A stretch of DNA of 51,017 bases from a plasmid. The notes beneath the pieces are model-generated. The model had not been told where the DNA came from and did not search any database. It was given only the letters and a program-made list of their open reading frames with translations. The DNA is taken from the sequence record NZ_CP032820.1; one strand, given 5' to 3'. Below, one piece after another: positions 9,834-19,375 of the stretch; positions within the stretch are counted from its first letter, which is position 1, and each line of letters begins with the position of its first letter. A program made the translations under genes and the position numbers.

Positions 9834-10309
9834 AACTATATCACGGCTCAACAGTTACCGTCAAATCCCCTAATATACAGAAAGGGCGTAAAGCTACTGA
9901 CTTTGGAAAAGGATTCTATACGACAACTAATTTTGAACAGGCTAAGAAGTGGGCAATACTCAAAAGAAATCGGGAACATGGTAAAAAAGCGGTCGTTTCA
10001 GTTTATGAAGTCCCCGATAATATTCTTGATAGAGAGTTTTCAGTCCTTCGATTTGATGGGGCTACAAAAGAGTGGCTGGAGTTTGTAGTTAATAACCGCA
10101 GAGGAAAAGGAAAAAACAGCTATGATTTAATAATGGGACCCGTTGCCAATGACCAGTTATATGCAACAATCCGGCTTTATGAACAAGGTGTTGTTACGGC
10201 TGATGCAGCAATTGAAATGCTAAAGACCCATAAGCTTTTTAACCAACTTTCATTTCATACAGTGAAAGTTATTCCATTATTAAAATTCACAGAATCTATT
10301 GAAGTATAA
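9830..10309 (+). CDS. DUF3990-domain protein (LYHGS motif)
   Basis: MKLYHGS...DFGKGFYTT signature of DUF3990, the conserved partner of DUF3791. Confidence 0.6.
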   Translation: MKLYHGSTVTVKSPNIQKGRKATDFGKGFYTTTNFEQAKKWAILKRNREHGKKAVVSVYEVPDNILDREFSVLRFDGATKEWLEFVVNNRRGKGKNSYDLIMGPVANDQLYATIRLYEQGVVTADAAIEMLKTHKLFNQLSFHTVKVIPLLKFTESIEV

Positions 10310-10330
10310 ATCATAAAACTATAATGAACC

Positions 10331-10591
10331 ATGAATAAAGAAATGAGCTTGGATGTTGCGCTCGACATTATCGGGACACTCCGCATGATGAAGATAGATG
10401 AAATATCAGAAGAGAAGGATGAAAACAGAAAAAAAATACTGCAAAAAGAACTTTCTGTTCTCAACACAGAAGAAAAAATAGCAAATGGATTGTTGCAGTT
10501 TGAAGTTTCTGAAAATGTGCGCTTATCAGTCATGGATAAGATACAAAACTATTACGCACCTAAATTGAAAGCATATTATGCAACGCTATGA
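10331..10591 (+). CDS. Small acidic protein, candidate epsilon-like antitoxin
   Basis: 86 aa. Overlaps the zeta-toxin gene start by 14 bp, suggesting translational coupling. Confidence 0.4.
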   Translation: MNKEMSLDVALDIIGTLRMMKIDEISEEKDENRKKILQKELSVLNTEEKIANGLLQFEVSENVRLSVMDKIQNYYAPKLKAYYATL

Positions 10592-11444
10592 AGTAGAAGC
10601 CATCTTTGAACAAAAAAAAGATGGCTTATTTGAGGACATCAATATATCATCACAAAAGCCTATTGCTATAATCTTAGGTGGACAACCAGCTTGCGGAAAA
10701 AGCACTCTTATAAATGTTGCAAAGAAAGACCATCCTAACTTAGATTTTCTCACTGTTAATGGTGACCTTTACAGACAGTTTCACCCCAATAAGGAACTAA
10801 TAAAAGACCCTATTAAATACCCCATTGAAACCCAGATTTTTTCTAGCGTTTTTACAGAAAAACTAATAGAAGAAGCCATTAAACGGAAATGCAATATTAT
10901 TATAGAAGGAACTATGAGAAATCCAGATGTACCTTTAAAGACAGCACAAAAATTTAAAGATGCAGGATTTAGAGTTGAAGCATATATTATTGCAGCCCCC
11001 AAGGAGTTTACCCAACTAGGACTTTACAACAGGTATCAAGAAGAAGTACTAAGTAAAGGACAAGGACGATTAGCCGATATTGATTCACATAACAAAGCCG
11101 TAAATGGACTAATGAAATCTGCAAATCAATTATACAGTGATAAGGCTGTAGATAAGATTTCTATCCACACCTACTTAGCGAAAGAAAGAATTAAAGATTT
11201 CAATCTAGTAAATGGTGAATGGAGTTGCAAAAGTATGCCATCTATTTTTATAGATGAAAGTCGTTCAAAACAGATGAAGAATAAAGAAATACTTAACACT
11301 AACATTCAAAGAGGAAAAGAGCTTATTGAATCCGTAACGAATCCTGAAGTAAAAAAAGGAATGAAAGAAGCTCTGTCACAACTTCAATCTTCACTAGAAA
11401 AAGTTCAAAGACAAGAAAAAGGATTAAAAAAAGGTTTCTTCTGA
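10578..11444 (+). CDS. Zeta-toxin family P-loop kinase
   Basis: Walker A GGQPACGKST near the N-terminus, about 288 aa. Architecture matches PezT/zeta. Confidence 0.7.
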   Translation: MQRYEVEAIFEQKKDGLFEDINISSQKPIAIILGGQPACGKSTLINVAKKDHPNLDFLTVNGDLYRQFHPNKELIKDPIKYPIETQIFSSVFTEKLIEEAIKRKCNIIIEGTMRNPDVPLKTAQKFKDAGFRVEAYIIAAPKEFTQLGLYNRYQEEVLSKGQGRLADIDSHNKAVNGLMKSANQLYSDKAVDKISIHTYLAKERIKDFNLVNGEWSCKSMPSIFIDESRSKQMKNKEILNTNIQRGKELIESVTNPEVKKGMKEALSQLQSSLEKVQRQEKGLKKGFF

Positions 11445-11490
11445 TTCTTCCAAAAAGAGAGGACTGGCTTTTCCAATCCTCTTTTTCTAT

Positions 11491-12183
11491 TTATTTGCGT
11501 CTTAACTCATTATCTATTTGCTGTGAAATTTGTCCTTTAACGGTTCTGATTACCTCATTAATATAATCAAGAATTGGCTTAGGGTCTATAGTTTTATCTT
11601 TGTATTCCATTTGAAAATGTAAGTGTTCTCCTGTGCTGCGCCCGGTACTTCCACTAATGCCTATTGGTTGCCCAGCTTCAACAGCTTGTTTCGCATTTAC
11701 AAGCACACTGTATAAATGCCCATAGATAGAAGTAAAATCACCATGACGCACTTCTACATAATTGCCCAACCCTTTATTTTTTCCTGTTTTTACAACCATT
11801 CCCGGCATTATCGAATAAACATAGTCGTTGTTGCCTTTAAGGTCTATCCCTCTATGATTTGCTATTTTTCCAGTAAATGGGTCTTTTCTTTTACCATAAT
11901 GGGAAGTTATCACCATTGAATCAATGGGCAAAGATAAATACCTTCTTTGCTTCCAGTATGCAAGTCGTTCTGTAGTCAAAGCATCATTGACGACAACAGC
12001 CTTTTCTTTTTCTTCTATCAATTTATTTTCTGTCGTTGCTAATACAGGTTCCGCTTTAGGAATATCCTTTTTCTGTAATACCGTATTAAACTGACAGTAG
12101 CCATTCACTGAAAAAAACAATGAATAAGTAAAAAACATGATAATTTTATTCTTCATATTGATATTTTTATTACTTTTGGGCAA
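11491..12183 (-). CDS. M23-family peptidase with signal peptide; likely cell-wall hydrolase for the transfer apparatus
   Basis: HxxxD (HRGIDL) and HxH (HLHFQM) motifs of M23/LytM. N-terminal signal. Confidence 0.75.
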   Translation of the reverse strand: MPKSNKNINMKNKIIMFFTYSLFFSVNGYCQFNTVLQKKDIPKAEPVLATTENKLIEEKEKAVVVNDALTTERLAYWKQRRYLSLPIDSMVITSHYGKRKDPFTGKIANHRGIDLKGNNDYVYSIMPGMVVKTGKNKGLGNYVEVRHGDFTSIYGHLYSVLVNAKQAVEAGQPIGISGSTGRSTGEHLHFQMEYKDKTIDPKPILDYINEVIRTVKGQISQQIDNELRRK

Positions 12184-12916
12184 AAATATACATTACATGG
12201 ATAAAAAGCAAGCTATTTTTAATGAAAATGATATTCCATATAAAGAATTAGAACTAATAGGAATATCAAAAAAACAGATATGGTCTTTGGATAAGGCAAA
12301 TATCACAGCTCTATTATCTGGAAAGAGAACCAGTTTACTAGACCTTTCTTTTCACGATAATAATGGAGAAGAAATAAGTATGAAAGGAAAAATAAGTTTG
12401 TACTGGAAAGATAGCAACAATGCTGGCGTTAAAGTTCATCCAGTCAGACCAGAAATAATGAATGATATAAACCTTAAACCAAAGGAGTTAGAACGACTTC
12501 AAGATAACGAGATAATAACAAAAACTATTAACAATGAAAAATATCTCGTACAATTAGACCCTGAAACAAACGAATTGCTTAAAACAAAAATCAAAAGTAT
12601 TTCAATACCTTCAAACATAAAAGGTGTTGAGCTGGATAAGCAACAAAAGGAAACTCTAAAATCAGGTAAGGAATTGATTTTAAACGTTGACAAAGAAAAA
12701 ATTGCCATAAGATTAGATTTAAATAATCCAAGAGGAATAAAATTCCTAGACTTCGAGCAGCAACAGAAAATAGCTTATGACCGACATAACCCACAAATTA
12801 TAGGAACTATTCATACTGATAAAAACAGAAATGAATATATAGAATACATGAAAGGACAAAAGCCGTCACTTGGAAATGAATCTCAATCTAAAGTAGAACA
12901 TAAATTCAAATTATAA
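12137..12916 (+). CDS. DUF4099/DUF3945-type conjugative-element protein; true start probably the MDKKQ Met
   Basis: Shares the motif IxIPxxxxGxELxxxQxExLKxGKEIxxVxxE with the next ORF, typical of Bacteroides CTn DUF4099 proteins. Confidence 0.45.
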   Translation: MIILFFILIFLLLLGKNIHYMDKKQAIFNENDIPYKELELIGISKKQIWSLDKANITALLSGKRTSLLDLSFHDNNGEEISMKGKISLYWKDSNNAGVKVHPVRPEIMNDINLKPKELERLQDNEIITKTINNEKYLVQLDPETNELLKTKIKSISIPSNIKGVELDKQQKETLKSGKELILNVDKEKIAIRLDLNNPRGIKFLDFEQQQKIAYDRHNPQIIGTIHTDKNRNEYIEYMKGQKPSLGNESQSKVEHKFKL

Positions 12917-12917
12917 A

Positions 12918-14477
12918 ATGGAAGAAAAGAAAAGTTTTGAAGCCCTGCAATATAGTTATGAAAATGCCGGACAATTCCGAGCCATAGCAGCAGTTCTTGG
13001 ATATTCAGAAGAATATCGGAATGGTGATATTACCTTTTCCAAAGGTAATGAAACATATACTTATCCACTGAATACACTTAAACTTGGCAATTTAGGAGAT
13101 AATAGAGAATCTTTATTAGAGCAATCTAAAGAAAGAATAATCAGTTTCTTTGATAAAGAACAAGCTAGCAATAATTTTCAAGAATATAGCCAATATTTAC
13201 GAGAAAACCACAATGTTGCAATTATAAAATGGGATGATATAAAACAAGGTACTAACAAGAATGAAGGATATAAAGACGGATTTACAGTCATTGACCTTGA
13301 AAATAAAATTGCATATAAAGGAGAAGACCTTTATCGATATGCTTATGAACAAAACCAAACCCTAGATGGTAAAGGTTCATATGTTGATATAGACTGGAAC
13401 AAGTTTAATGAAGTAGGAGTTAAACCGGAAAATTTAAGCCCCGAAGATGTTGCAAACATCAAAAATGGGAAAAAAACAGGTATGCTAAATTTTTCCATTG
13501 AAGATACTCCCGGTAATAGAACACTTCTAGACAATGAAAAAGTGTCTTATAAAACAGAAAATGGAAAACTCCATTTTGAAGGGAAAGCAACAACTCTTAA
13601 ATATATAACAGCCGAGAATACACCTGAAAATAAATCTAAATTAAAAGCCAACGAAATTGATTTCAAAGAAGAAGGTAAACGCATCAAAATTGATGGTATC
13701 AATGCTAGAAAACTAGCAATTGCAGCTATTACAGTAGTTTACCCAATCGCTGGGATTGCTATCTTGCTCATTCCTAAACGACAAGAAATAAAAAATGATT
13801 TATCCTTTACTAAGGATGAAATAAAAGCCCTAAAAGCTGATAATGTCGTAGTAAAGACTAATTCAAAAGGAGAAAGAACATTGCACCAACGTGACAAAGA
13901 TACTAATGAGATAGTATCAATAAAAGCAAAAGACATTCATATTCCCCAAAAACTTGGAGGAATAGAGCTTACTCCTATGCAGCAAGAAAATCTCAAAAAT
14001 GGAAAAGAAATTACCATTGTAAACGAGGAACTAAACAAAGCTGCAAAAGTAAAACTAGATTTGAATGCCAGAAATGGATTATCAATCAAAGATGCAAATA
14101 CTATAGAAATTAAAGCGACTGAAAAGAAAGAACAAACAATAGGGAAAGAAAGATATATATCTGATAAAGAAAGATTAGAGTTTGTAGCCCAAAAAGGAGC
14201 TAAAGGGATTGATGAAATTTTTAAAGATAAACCCACCGAAATGGCTGCCTTTTTAGAGAAACATAAACTTTCTAAAGATTATGCTTCTTACAAGGAAGTA
14301 GAAAAAACATATTCCAGCTCTAGGGAAGCTACTAAACAAACTGTCGGAGAACAAATATCTACCCAAATGGATAAAATAGATAGTTCTATTAAAGCAACAG
14401 CGAAGCAAGAAGCATCTATTCTCGGATATGGTAGAACCTACGGAAAAAATAATGATACTCCAACAATGAAACTATAA
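12918..14477 (+). CDS. Large DUF3945/DUF4099-family protein with central TM segment
   Basis: Repeated DUF4099-like motif (IHIPQKLGGIELTPMQQENLKNGKEI). 519 aa. Confidence 0.45.
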   Translation: MEEKKSFEALQYSYENAGQFRAIAAVLGYSEEYRNGDITFSKGNETYTYPLNTLKLGNLGDNRESLLEQSKERIISFFDKEQASNNFQEYSQYLRENHNVAIIKWDDIKQGTNKNEGYKDGFTVIDLENKIAYKGEDLYRYAYEQNQTLDGKGSYVDIDWNKFNEVGVKPENLSPEDVANIKNGKKTGMLNFSIEDTPGNRTLLDNEKVSYKTENGKLHFEGKATTLKYITAENTPENKSKLKANEIDFKEEGKRIKIDGINARKLAIAAITVVYPIAGIAILLIPKRQEIKNDLSFTKDEIKALKADNVVVKTNSKGERTLHQRDKDTNEIVSIKAKDIHIPQKLGGIELTPMQQENLKNGKEITIVNEELNKAAKVKLDLNARNGLSIKDANTIEIKATEKKEQTIGKERYISDKERLEFVAQKGAKGIDEIFKDKPTEMAAFLEKHKLSKDYASYKEVEKTYSSSREATKQTVGEQISTQMDKIDSSIKATAKQEASILGYGRTYGKNNDTPTMKL

Positions 14478-14481
14478 TATT

Positions 14482-15591
14482 ATGCTAACATTTGACGATT
14501 ATAAGGCTAAAATATCCATCATTCAAATACTTGAAGATTTAGGATATAAACAAGACATTAGCAAAGGAAAGGTTTCGCCTGTTTTTAAACTGACAGACGG
14601 AGCAGGTAACAAGTTGGATGAAATCATCATCAAGAATCCTCATAGTGTACAAGAACACTACTATGATAGGAATTATAAAGGTGGAGATTTAATTCAGTTC
14701 ATCAAAAATCATATTAACGACTTCCCACAATTCCAACATCAAAATACATTTGTGCGAATCAATATGATTTTAGGACATTACGCAAATGAGCCTTATAGTC
14801 CTAAATATGAAGCATTCAAAGTTGTAAAAGCAGAAAACAAATCTTTTGACAGAGATAGATATAAAGAATTTCCTACTACACTCGCTGATTTAAGATTTCT
14901 CACAAATGAAAGAAATATAAATCATCAAGTCGTAGAAAAGTTTCTACCATTTATCACAAGGGTTAAAGACTTACAAGGAAACGGTAATTATTATAATATA
15001 GGTTTTCCCTATATTAATCCAAAAGATAAAGACAACAAAGTAACAAATTACGAATTAAGAAACTATGGATTCAAAGGGATGGCTGCCGGAGGAGATAAAA
15101 GCAACTCGCTTTGGATTGCTGATTTTTGCCCACACCCCCAAATGGCAAAACATATATACTTTGCAGAATCCGCTTTAGATGCTATGAGCTTCTATCAGCT
15201 CAATGCTAACAAAATCAAATTAGAAGAAAGTGTTTTTTGTAGTGTAGGAGGGTACATTTCAGTTAATCAAATAAAAAACACTTTATTGCGATACCCACAA
15301 GCTAAAGTACATACCTGTTTTGATAATGATTTAAACGGTAATTTGTATGACATTAAAGTGTCTGGAATCATTAGTAATACAGAAGTGACAATAAAAGAAA
15401 ATAAAGATGATGTGCTGTTTAAAACTAAGGGGAGAGAATTCACTATTAACAAAAATGACGTTTCACTAGAAAGTTTTAGGGAAAAAAGCAAAATAATAGC
15501 TCCTATGATTTCTCATAAAGCAGAAAAAGCAAAAGATTTCAATGAAATTCTAATGAAACAACATGAACAAAAAAAAAGTATTAAGTTATGA
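14482..15591 (+). CDS. Toprim-domain protein (DUF3991-like putative primase/topoisomerase-related)
   Basis: Toprim signature: conserved E (FAESALDA) followed by DxD (CFDNDLNG). Confidence 0.55.
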   Translation: MLTFDDYKAKISIIQILEDLGYKQDISKGKVSPVFKLTDGAGNKLDEIIIKNPHSVQEHYYDRNYKGGDLIQFIKNHINDFPQFQHQNTFVRINMILGHYANEPYSPKYEAFKVVKAENKSFDRDRYKEFPTTLADLRFLTNERNINHQVVEKFLPFITRVKDLQGNGNYYNIGFPYINPKDKDNKVTNYELRNYGFKGMAAGGDKSNSLWIADFCPHPQMAKHIYFAESALDAMSFYQLNANKIKLEESVFCSVGGYISVNQIKNTLLRYPQAKVHTCFDNDLNGNLYDIKVSGIISNTEVTIKENKDDVLFKTKGREFTINKNDVSLESFREKSKIIAPMISHKAEKAKDFNEILMKQHEQKKSIKL

Positions 15592-16091
15592 ATGATGGAA
15601 CAAACATAGCTTCTGATGATATTATATTAAAGCCTAAATTCCGATATTGGTTAATGAAGAATTTCCTTTTAATCACATTAGCGATTTTCGTGTTCATTTT
15701 TAGTAAATATATAAGAGAACATGAATTATTAAAATTTATCAGTGGAACGATATTAGTATTGTTGATATTTATAATTTTCTACAGATATATTTCAATGTTA
15801 CTTTGTACAAAATGGATTATAACTAGAGAGCAAATAAAAATATATCAAGGAGTACTTTCAAAAAGGATTAACTACATAGAATTATATCGGGTATATGATT
15901 ACGAAGAAAAGCAAAGTTTTATCCAGTCTTTAATAAACAACACCAATATCTACATTTATTCTGGCGATAAATCAACACCAGAACTACTGATGAATGGTCT
16001 TAAAGCTAATAGTGATATAATTCAAACTATCAGAAATAGAGTAGAAGAACAAAAAAAGAAAAAAGGAATATATGAATTTACAAACAGATAA
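15588..16091 (+). CDS. Bacterial PH-domain (YdbS/YdbT-like) membrane protein
   Basis: Two N-terminal TM helices followed by a bPH_2-like region. Confidence 0.5.
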   Translation: MNDGTNIASDDIILKPKFRYWLMKNFLLITLAIFVFIFSKYIREHELLKFISGTILVLLIFIIFYRYISMLLCTKWIITREQIKIYQGVLSKRINYIELYRVYDYEEKQSFIQSLINNTNIYIYSGDKSTPELLMNGLKANSDIIQTIRNRVEEQKKKKGIYEFTNR

Positions 16092-16779
16092 TGATATGAA
16101 AAGAGTGCTTTTATTTTTTTCCCTAATGTTACTGTTGGGCAACATAAAAGGACTAGCACAATCTATTGTCATTGACCCGGCAATGATTGGAACATTGGTT
16201 TATTCCCATCAGGCGCAACAAGGTGTACTGAAAGATATACAAAGTGAGGAAACAAAAATCCGTAACTTTCAAATTTTAATTCAACAAAAAATGAGTCAAA
16301 TTCAATCCTTACAGGAAAAGACATACAACTATCTTTCTACAGTTAATGCAGTTGTGAAAAATGGAAAGGATATTATTTATGCTTCAACCTTAGCTAGAGA
16401 CATAGCTAAGTATCAATCCGAAGCAGCTAAATATGCAGTTGGAGACCCCAAATTATTAACCATAATTGCAAAAACAGAGTATGAACTTATCAGTCGAAGT
16501 GTAGATTTAATGATATACATAAATAATATAGCATTGCAAGGCGGTGAAAAAAATCTTATGGATAATAAGCAAAGGATAGATTTATGTATTCATGTGGTCA
16601 ATGAACTTAGACGAATGCGAGGACTTGCATACGCTGTATGCCGACAAATGAAATCCGCTAAAAGGGCTGGAGTACTAAAAACTCTTGTACCCGGACAATT
16701 TAAATATGTAAATAGTGGGAAACAAAAAGTAGATAATATTTTAAACGGCATTAAATGGATTAGTAAAGGAGGATATTAA
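16072..16779 (+). CDS. Secreted TraH/TraI-family-like protein; paralogue of 37929..38603
   Basis: Signal peptide. C-terminal block MDNKQRIDL..VNELRRMRGLAYAVCRQMKSAKRAGVLKTLVPGQFKY is nearly identical to the tra-operon gene at 37929. Confidence 0.5.
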   Translation: MNLQTDNDMKRVLLFFSLMLLLGNIKGLAQSIVIDPAMIGTLVYSHQAQQGVLKDIQSEETKIRNFQILIQQKMSQIQSLQEKTYNYLSTVNAVVKNGKDIIYASTLARDIAKYQSEAAKYAVGDPKLLTIIAKTEYELISRSVDLMIYINNIALQGGEKNLMDNKQRIDLCIHVVNELRRMRGLAYAVCRQMKSAKRAGVLKTLVPGQFKYVNSGKQKVDNILNGIKWISKGGY

Positions 16780-17616
16780 ATGGATAATGATACAATCAAA
16801 GATTTAGGCTTATGCCCTATTTGCCAGAAAGGACACATAATGAAAGGTAGTTTAGGATATTCCTGTAATTACTTCAAAAACATGAATGACAAATGTACAT
16901 TTAATATTTATCATTCATATTGGGGAAAAGAGATTACAGAAGAAATAGCCAGACAATTAATAACAACAGGGAAAACAGATATATTTCATGACTTCCATAA
17001 TAAAAAAGGAGTTCCTTTTTCTGCATATCTGACTATCGAAAATGGAATCGTTATTCCTTCTTTCGTAAATGAAGTATTAGAAACTCCGTGTCCTGTGTGT
17101 GGTAGAGAAATTGAAATTTTACTAAATGGATATGCTTGTAAAGGGTATTCGCAAAAGGACAAGGACAACAACAGAGTTTGTAACCTCTATATACCCAAAA
17201 CTATTGCACAAAGAGAAATACCATTGGAAGCAGCAGAAATACTTGCCAAAGGAAAAAAAACACCGTTTATGACTGGATTTAAATCAAGAGAAGGAAATGA
17301 TTTTTCTTCACGGCTGGTTCTAACAGAGAACTTAGATATTTCTTTTGACAATACATTGTGTAAGTGTCCTAAGTGTGGAGGAAACTTATATATAAACAAA
17401 AAAGCCTATAATTGTTCCAACTATAGAAATGAAGCCATAAAATGTGATTTTGTCATTTGGCGTGAAATGTCAGGACGTTCTATAACTCCCGAAGAAGCAA
17501 TAGAACTTTGCGAGAAAAAAGAAACACCTGTGTTAACTGGATTTCATGATAAAAACGGGCAACCGATGGAAAGAAAGCTTGTACTGAACGATGATTTTAA
17601 AATAAAACTAATATGA
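16780..17616 (+). CDS. Stand-alone topoisomerase C-terminal zinc-ribbon repeat protein
   Basis: Three tandem Cys4 repeats (CPxC...GxxYxCxxY...CxFxIW...GRxITxEEAxxL...KxTPxxTGF). No catalytic domain. Confidence 0.55.
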   Translation: MDNDTIKDLGLCPICQKGHIMKGSLGYSCNYFKNMNDKCTFNIYHSYWGKEITEEIARQLITTGKTDIFHDFHNKKGVPFSAYLTIENGIVIPSFVNEVLETPCPVCGREIEILLNGYACKGYSQKDKDNNRVCNLYIPKTIAQREIPLEAAEILAKGKKTPFMTGFKSREGNDFSSRLVLTENLDISFDNTLCKCPKCGGNLYINKKAYNCSNYRNEAIKCDFVIWREMSGRSITPEEAIELCEKKETPVLTGFHDKNGQPMERKLVLNDDFKIKLI

Positions 17617-17966
17617 AAATAGAATTTATAATTTATAGCCATTTTTTTAAAGAGAGAGGAATGAAGGTAAAGGGTGATTGGAATTTTCCGCATCTTCCAA
17701 GGATAGGCGAAGAAATTTCACCTCACATTATAATGTTTCAGAATGAATTTACCTATCAAAATTTATTAGAATATCTAACAGATGAAGCTAAAAGTGATTT
17801 TAATAAATTCAATGATGGTGAGGATGATTTAGAAGGAAATTTTAAAGCATGGGTATATGATGTTATCTGTGAGGTCAATATAGTTGAATCAATACATTAT
17901 AGACCAGATACAGAAGACTATACCCAAATTATTCCTGAAATTTGTTTAAGTGATTTAAGTAATTAA
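17613..17966 (+). CDS. Hypothetical protein (shares a PxLPRIGEEI motif with 18247..18519)
   Basis: 117-aa ORF overlapping its neighbours by 4 bp. Confidence 0.4.
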   Translation: MKIEFIIYSHFFKERGMKVKGDWNFPHLPRIGEEISPHIIMFQNEFTYQNLLEYLTDEAKSDFNKFNDGEDDLEGNFKAWVYDVICEVNIVESIHYRPDTEDYTQIIPEICLSDLSN

Positions 17967-17977
17967 ATATTATTGAT

Positions 17978-18256
17978 ATGCAAATGAATAAGACTGATTT
18001 AATCAAAATGGTTGCTGAAAAGGCAAATAAACCAACAAAAGAAGTAGCAGAAATAATTGATAGTTTTTTCAAAGAATTATCTCAAAATCTAAGAGAAAAA
18101 GATGTTTCTATAAAAGATTTTGGTACTTTCAAAAAGATTATTCAACCAGCTCGGATAGCTAGAAATCCGGCAACTGGAGAACCTGTAGAAGTTCCAGAAA
18201 AGGAAGTTGTTAAATTTAAGCCGTCCAAAAATATACTAAACATGAAATGGCTATGA
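17978..18256 (+). CDS. HU/IHF-family DNA-binding protein
   Basis: 92 aa with the RNPATGE arm motif and overall HU fold pattern. Confidence 0.75.
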   Translation: MQMNKTDLIKMVAEKANKPTKEVAEIIDSFFKELSQNLREKDVSIKDFGTFKKIIQPARIARNPATGEPVEVPEKEVVKFKPSKNILNMKWL

Positions 18257-18519
18257 TAGAAATAAACATCCATATTCCTATAGATGGTGTGAACAATATT
18301 TCTATACCAATCCAATTACCTGTAGTTCCAAGGGTTGGAGAAAAGATTTATCTATCTGACAAACAAATAAATAATTTGATAAGTCTATTAGAAGAAGAAT
18401 ATTACCACAATCCACAAACAGAAGAATGGAAAGAATCAATAAGACGGTTCACCAATATTGAGGAAGTAGCATATAATGCTGCAAATGGAACGATACACAT
18501 TGAATTATCAACTATTTAA
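18247..18519 (+). CDS. Hypothetical protein (PVVPRVGEKI motif)
   Basis: 90-aa ORF overlapping the HU gene end. Confidence 0.4.
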   Translation: MAMIEINIHIPIDGVNNISIPIQLPVVPRVGEKIYLSDKQINNLISLLEEEYYHNPQTEEWKESIRRFTNIEEVAYNAANGTIHIELSTI

Positions 18520-18973
18520 AAGAAACAATATGAAAAAGTATTTATCATTAGTAATGATTGGTTTAAGCCTTATGTTGTCTGGATGCAATAAAGACGATAA
18601 CAACGACCCTGATACTCCACCTACAGGAGATACAGGAAAAGTACGTTATGAAGCTACCGTAAGCGACCCAGAAAATTTCAAACTTCTAATACATTATACA
18701 GTAGGAGTAGATATTTCTTCCGAAGCTCCCGAAGAAGCTGCCAAAGAAATTATTGTAGAAAGTCCATTCACATTTGAGCAAGAAGCCAAACAAGGAACAT
18801 ATTTATGGCTATCTGCCTACCCTATACCTAAAGATGAAGAAAACCTTGAAAATTTACAGCTACCTAAGACAGTCGAAGTAAAAATTTTTATTGATGATAA
18901 GCTGCATAAGTCTAACAGTGGTGAAAATTATGCAATGGTTCAACATATATTCGGACAGGAAAATTACCAGTAG
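18476..18973 (+). CDS. Lipoprotein (likely start at MKKYLSLVMIG, about 18530)
   Basis: Signal peptide with lipobox LSGC. Confidence 0.5.
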   Translation: MLQMERYTLNYQLFKRNNMKKYLSLVMIGLSLMLSGCNKDDNNDPDTPPTGDTGKVRYEATVSDPENFKLLIHYTVGVDISSEAPEEAAKEIIVESPFTFEQEAKQGTYLWLSAYPIPKDEENLENLQLPKTVEVKIFIDDKLHKSNSGENYAMVQHIFGQENYQ

Positions 18974-19085
18974 AATTGATACCTTTTCTGCCTGCACTGG
19001 AGAGAAACCGGGAAGGTATTTGATACCGTACTTTTCCGGGTTCTGCCCGGCATGGACGATAAGAGAACATTATTATGATACCAAA
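18962..19085. repeat. Partial type A repeat (TTGATACC boxes), forward orientation
   Basis: About 115 bp identical to the core of type A: TTGATACCTTTTCTGCCTGCACTGGAGAGAAACCGGGAAGGTATTTGATACCGTACTTTTCCGGGTTCTGCCCGG. Confidence 0.85.
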
Positions 19086-19147
19086 AAATAAAAACCAATA
19101 CCACTCTCACTGCATAAAAGAGTGGTATTTTCATTTGAATTAATAAA

Positions 19148-19372
19148 ATGAAAGACCAAAAAAGATTATTACACAAGTGCCTATTAGAAGACATTCCAGC
19201 TTTTGTAATATGCGGAACAGATATTTGTTCCGTCCAAGCAATGGAAGCATATTACCAGATAGCAGTAGAAAAAGGTTGCAATAGCAATTTTTTAGAAGAC
19301 TTGAAATTAGCTATAGAAGATTTCAAGGCTTTTCAATGTGAGGAACCTGAAAAAGTTAAAATACCCGATTAA
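19148..19372 (+). CDS. Small hypothetical protein upstream of the coupling protein
   Basis: 74-aa ORF, co-oriented and 3 bp from the next gene. Confidence 0.35.
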   Translation: MKDQKRLLHKCLLEDIPAFVICGTDICSVQAMEAYYQIAVEKGCNSNFLEDLKLAIEDFKAFQCEEPEKVKIPD

Positions 19373-19375
19373 ATC

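Noticed and set aside
12137-12183. Apparent 47-bp divergent overlap between the M23 peptidase start and the 12137 ORF start
   Set aside because: The plus-strand ORF almost certainly starts at the internal Met (MDKKQ, about 12197), which removes the overlap.
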